Shown here one piece after another: positions 60,367 to 64,000 of a stretch of 64,000 nucleotides of DNA. The DNA comes from Basidiobolus meristosporus CBS 931.73. Lineage: Eukaryota > Fungi > Basidiobolomycota. The stretch lies in contig MCFE01000043.1 in assembly GCA_002104905.1 (NCBI GenBank), positions 137,236-201,235 on the forward strand, given 5' to 3'. The stretch's first letter is position 1. Every line of letters starts with the position of its first letter. The notes under the pieces are model-generated. The model was not told where the DNA came from. It saw only the letters and a list, made by a program, of their open reading frames with translations, and ran no database searches. A program made the translations under genes and the position numbers.

Positions 60367-61750
60367 TGTTATGATCTACCTCATGAATATTTAAGTCAGA
60401 TCAGTTTCCAGTCAAATCAATCATTTTTATGATGAGCATATCTGTATATCACTGTTATCTATCAAATCAGCAGTATTAGTCAGCACAAAAATCAGCAGAT
60501 CCTTATCAGACAAAAATAAATATACTTAGCAGGCTCCAATTGGGTGATGATAATGCAATCATATGAGTCATCAGCCACAACTTACATCAGGAGATACAGT
60601 AAGTCAGCAAATAATCTGCCTAAATATATGAAAGGAGCTGCTGAAACTTCAATAAAAAGGAGTTCAGGTTTTGGCAAATACAAGACTAGCTCAACTCCCT
60701 ATTCCTCAACAATTCTTATATCAAGACATGTAAAATTGGTGGCAGTAACAACCAGAAACCTCCCTGCTGCAGAAAGAAGAAGTCTCCTTCACAATGTCAC
60801 AAAATCATGAATGAAAAATGCTATATGGGAAATCCTGGCCCAACGGCAACAGTTACTCCACATTCTCAGCCAGTGGCACTAAGAATTGACTACCATGGCC
60901 TAGAACCAGCAAAGCCCTGTAAAGAGTATCCTTAGTGTGAAGGTCAACTGGTACCATGGTAGAATCAATGAATACCTGGGAAATTGGCTATTTCAGATGG
61001 AATTGCCCCAGAGAGCAGGTTTCACTATGTAGTCTCTGACCTGCAGATGCAGCTTTACAGTTGTGTCACAACAAGATAAGGTCAGCCTCTATCATGGGAT
61101 GCTCTGCTATCTCTACCTTTGATAGGTTTGTGTTGGAGATTCAAATTGCCTCTGAACCTCCCCACCCATAGACATCACTAAGAAGGAAGCTGAAGACACT
61201 CAGACACAGAGGAATGGTTCAAGAATACATCTCTGATTAGAGATGTGTAGTGGGATAGATTGAAACAATGAACCATCTGAATCAAGCTAAAAATTTTGCT
61301 CATGGGTTGAAGGAAAGAACTTGCAAGGAAGTGAATTATTGAAGACCTCAGACAATTGAAGAAGTCATCAAGATTGCTATTGATTATGACTCAGCTATGT
61401 TGGAGTTGGGAAGCCCACAATGACTAATCAGTGGGGCTATAGTTACTATGAAAGATGGCAATCAGAAGCAGTACCAATGGAAATAGATGCTATGCAGAAG
61501 AATCACACCCCAGAAGAATGCAAGAAGAAAGGACTGTGCTTTAATTACCTCCAGCAAGGACATATTGCAAAACACTGCCATCAGAGAAGAAATGGACACC
61601 AGTCAACAAGAACCTTCAATCACATCAAAGCCCTTGAGCATAGTAACATGGAAGATGAGCTTGAACAAGACTCAGATTTTACTTTCAATATGATTGAAGA
61701 ATACCTGTCCCAAATGACCTGAAACTCAGGGAAGCTATTATATTTGAATG
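60367..61750 (+). mobile_element. 5' part of a Gypsy element (family-2 LTR plus gag relic)
   Basis: LTR 60367-60734, PBS-like tggtggcag, VPMEIDAM...CFNYLQQGHIAKHC. Confidence 0.7.
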
Positions 61751-62560
61751 GGGCAATCAACAGAGCACCTGCTATTCTGCTGTTTTCTCCTATATATGAA
61801 TTTGCTCTGTATTTACCTGTCAATATGCTGAATCTCTTCAGATATCCAAATGTATGCTCTACCCTCACTCTGAAATGATTAAATATCTCCTTGTAGAGCT
61901 TCTGTTTCCTGCTAGGCACACCACTACTTGGCTTCCTATAAGCTGTAATATATCCTAATCTCTGGCAATCCTCTCCTATATAAGCTAATCTGCCATACAT
62001 TTCTCCCCTTTACTGAATTATGGATGATTCTCTACCCACAGCGCTTTGTCATGCCTACTTCCAGCAAATGGCCCACTAAACCTGATGATTTTACCCTTAA
62101 TGTCAGACAGTCCTTGAAACTTCACTCAGTGTGCCTTGTACTTGCCAGAATAAAAGTGCCTCTGCCCTCTAGAAGGTCTGTTAATCCTCACTGGGAAGGT
62201 ATCCAAAATACTCCTGATATGGAACCTGTTGCTGAACACTCTGGGATATGGAAGTCTATTGGAGCTTCTGAACCCAGTATTCCAAGCTTGCTCTAAGTCA
62301 TTCATACCCTCTGCATGGTGGTTCTCCATTGCTGTCAGCTGGGAATGAAAGCTTCTAGGACTTTTGTTGGCATGGATGGTATGATGAAACCTTGTGCGGC
62401 AATAGTTCTTGTAATAGCAGAGAAGCTTAACAAGGCATCTCCTTGAGTAGATTTGGGTAGATGGACCACAGTACTTAGTATAGATCTCCTCCAGTGTGTC
62501 AAAAGGAAATCCAGTGGTAGTGATGGGATTGATGAGAGAAGATCATTTGGATGAGTAAGT
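61750..62560 (-). mobile_element. PIF/Harbinger (DDE_Tnp_4) transposase relic, best-preserved copy
   Basis: FYSGKYKAH and LAYIGE...ITAYRKP...KQKLYKEIFNHFRVRVEHTFGYLKRFSILTGKYR. Confidence 0.75.
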
Positions 62561-63079
62561 CATATTAAAATTGGTAGAGGATTGGGCAGAGGTGATTTGA
62601 CTTATATTGGCATAATCAGTTTATTTATTTGATTTTCCATGCATCATGATTAAATCTCCATCAATTGCCATGTATCCCATCATTTTGTTGCCAAAATCAT
62701 CTTCAAACAATGACTGGGTATTTTTGTTGATGTTTTACTCACAAATCTATAATCAAATAGGAAATCTGCAATTGATGTGATCTTATCCATGTCAATGCAA
62801 TCCAAGATGGATCATGCATAATATTTGGAAAATTCAACAATCACATTAGTTTTCATATATATTTCATATAAGACCAGGTTGATGCCAATAAACGGCTGTA
62901 TCAGTATCCAAATCCATCACATATGGTCCCTATACCAAGTATCAACTCTTCTTTTGTTCAACCAAGGGAAAACCCATCCCCCAGCTCCCAAGCATGGTCC
63001 AGACCAGAAAAGGCAAAGTTGAATCTGCTTAAGTTCTTGCCAAACAATTTCAGTATGGCCTAAGTGTCTATGATGAGCC

Positions 63080-63900
63080 TTCATACAGATATTTGGGCAC
63101 TACTCATTAATCTAGCAGAACCAGATACCTTGGAGAGTTGACAGAGATGGAAGAACCTGAGTAGAAAGCTGTTGCATGAGTTGTACATCAAGATGCCAGC
63201 AGATGTATGTAAGAAGAAATATAACATGACAAGTATTGAAATCAAGAATGAGCTGAGGGTGAGGAGATTTGATGAGGAAGCTGCATGGGAACAATTTTGC
63301 GCACAATTTGCCCTATACAGGCCAGATATGTCCGTTTGTGCCTTGACTTTGGGAACCAAAGAGATTTTGAATGAGTATTTGCCTCAAATGACTAATGTAT
63401 TACATGATTTATTAGTAGAGCTAAGTGGCTTCCAGGTGCAATATACACAGGACTCATCCAGGCAACAATTCCAAAGTATTAGATAGAGGGTAAGTGAATA
63501 CCTTGAGGAATCAGAAGGTGAGCTTCAAGAGGAAGAATACAGACCACAAGCAACATTGTCTAGATTGCACCAGCATGCCTTGCTGAATTCCTTACCATCC
63601 CTGACAACATCAGCACGCTGGTGCATGTCAGTCCAAACTATGCCAACTCACTCCACAAGAGCACCCCACATTGATTCAACACATATTGGGTCAATGCACA
63701 TGCTTCCAAGCAAGACCACCCGAACCTATCAAACTGCTCAAAAAGACACAAGTCCATTGGAGCAGGCCAAGTTGCATCAACAAGCGGCATCACATCAAAC
63801 TCAGCCAAGGGCCATGCCAGTGCATCAAGTTGCGTCTGTGCATGCCATTACACCTGACCATCAGCAAGTTTTTTCTAGTGAACTGACTGATTATCCTGCA
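63080..63900 (+). pseudogene. Unknown ORF relic divergent from the Harbinger transposase
   Basis: ORFs 63172-63486 and 63556-63909. Homologous to 7200-8200. Confidence 0.4.
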
Positions 63901-64000
63901 CAACATTGATCCAAAAAAAAAGGTCAAAAATGTATTTTCTCCAACACAATGGGTGAAACACAGGGGCTGCTTTGCATGAAGATGCAGAGCTATGTTTCAC

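Overview
Eukaryotic, most likely fungal, genomic DNA. XPO4, short GT-AG introns and I34-type ANN tRNAs point to a non-ascomycete or early-diverging lineage (inference). The window has three compartments. (1) About 1-20.5 kb, 32.6-40.8 kb and 48.7-64 kb are a nested transposon graveyard almost devoid of CpG: Copia and Gypsy LTR retrotransposons, solo LTRs of three families (several with 4-5 bp TSDs), CACTA/EnSpm and PIF/Harbinger transposase relics, and a foldback element. (2) About 20.56-32.5 kb is a GC/CpG-rich gene island encoding a WrbA-type NAD(P)H:quinone oxidoreductase, a CsbD-like protein, an orphan coiled-coil protein, phosphoglucomutase and a multi-intron exportin-4. (3) The highlight is a tandem array with a 5,225-bp unit carrying 17 different tRNA genes (14 amino acids, one copy per anticodon type, both strands, each with its own oligo-T terminator). 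One unit (about 40.96-46.18 kb) is essentially intact. The next copy (to 48.67 kb) and a fragment of a preceding copy (35.8-36.08 kb) are pseudogenised by CpG->TpG/CpA decay and cut by transposons. The intact unit sits in a CpG-preserved domain that extends into the neighbouring Gypsy LTR. All alignments and counts were done by eye; no database searches were run.
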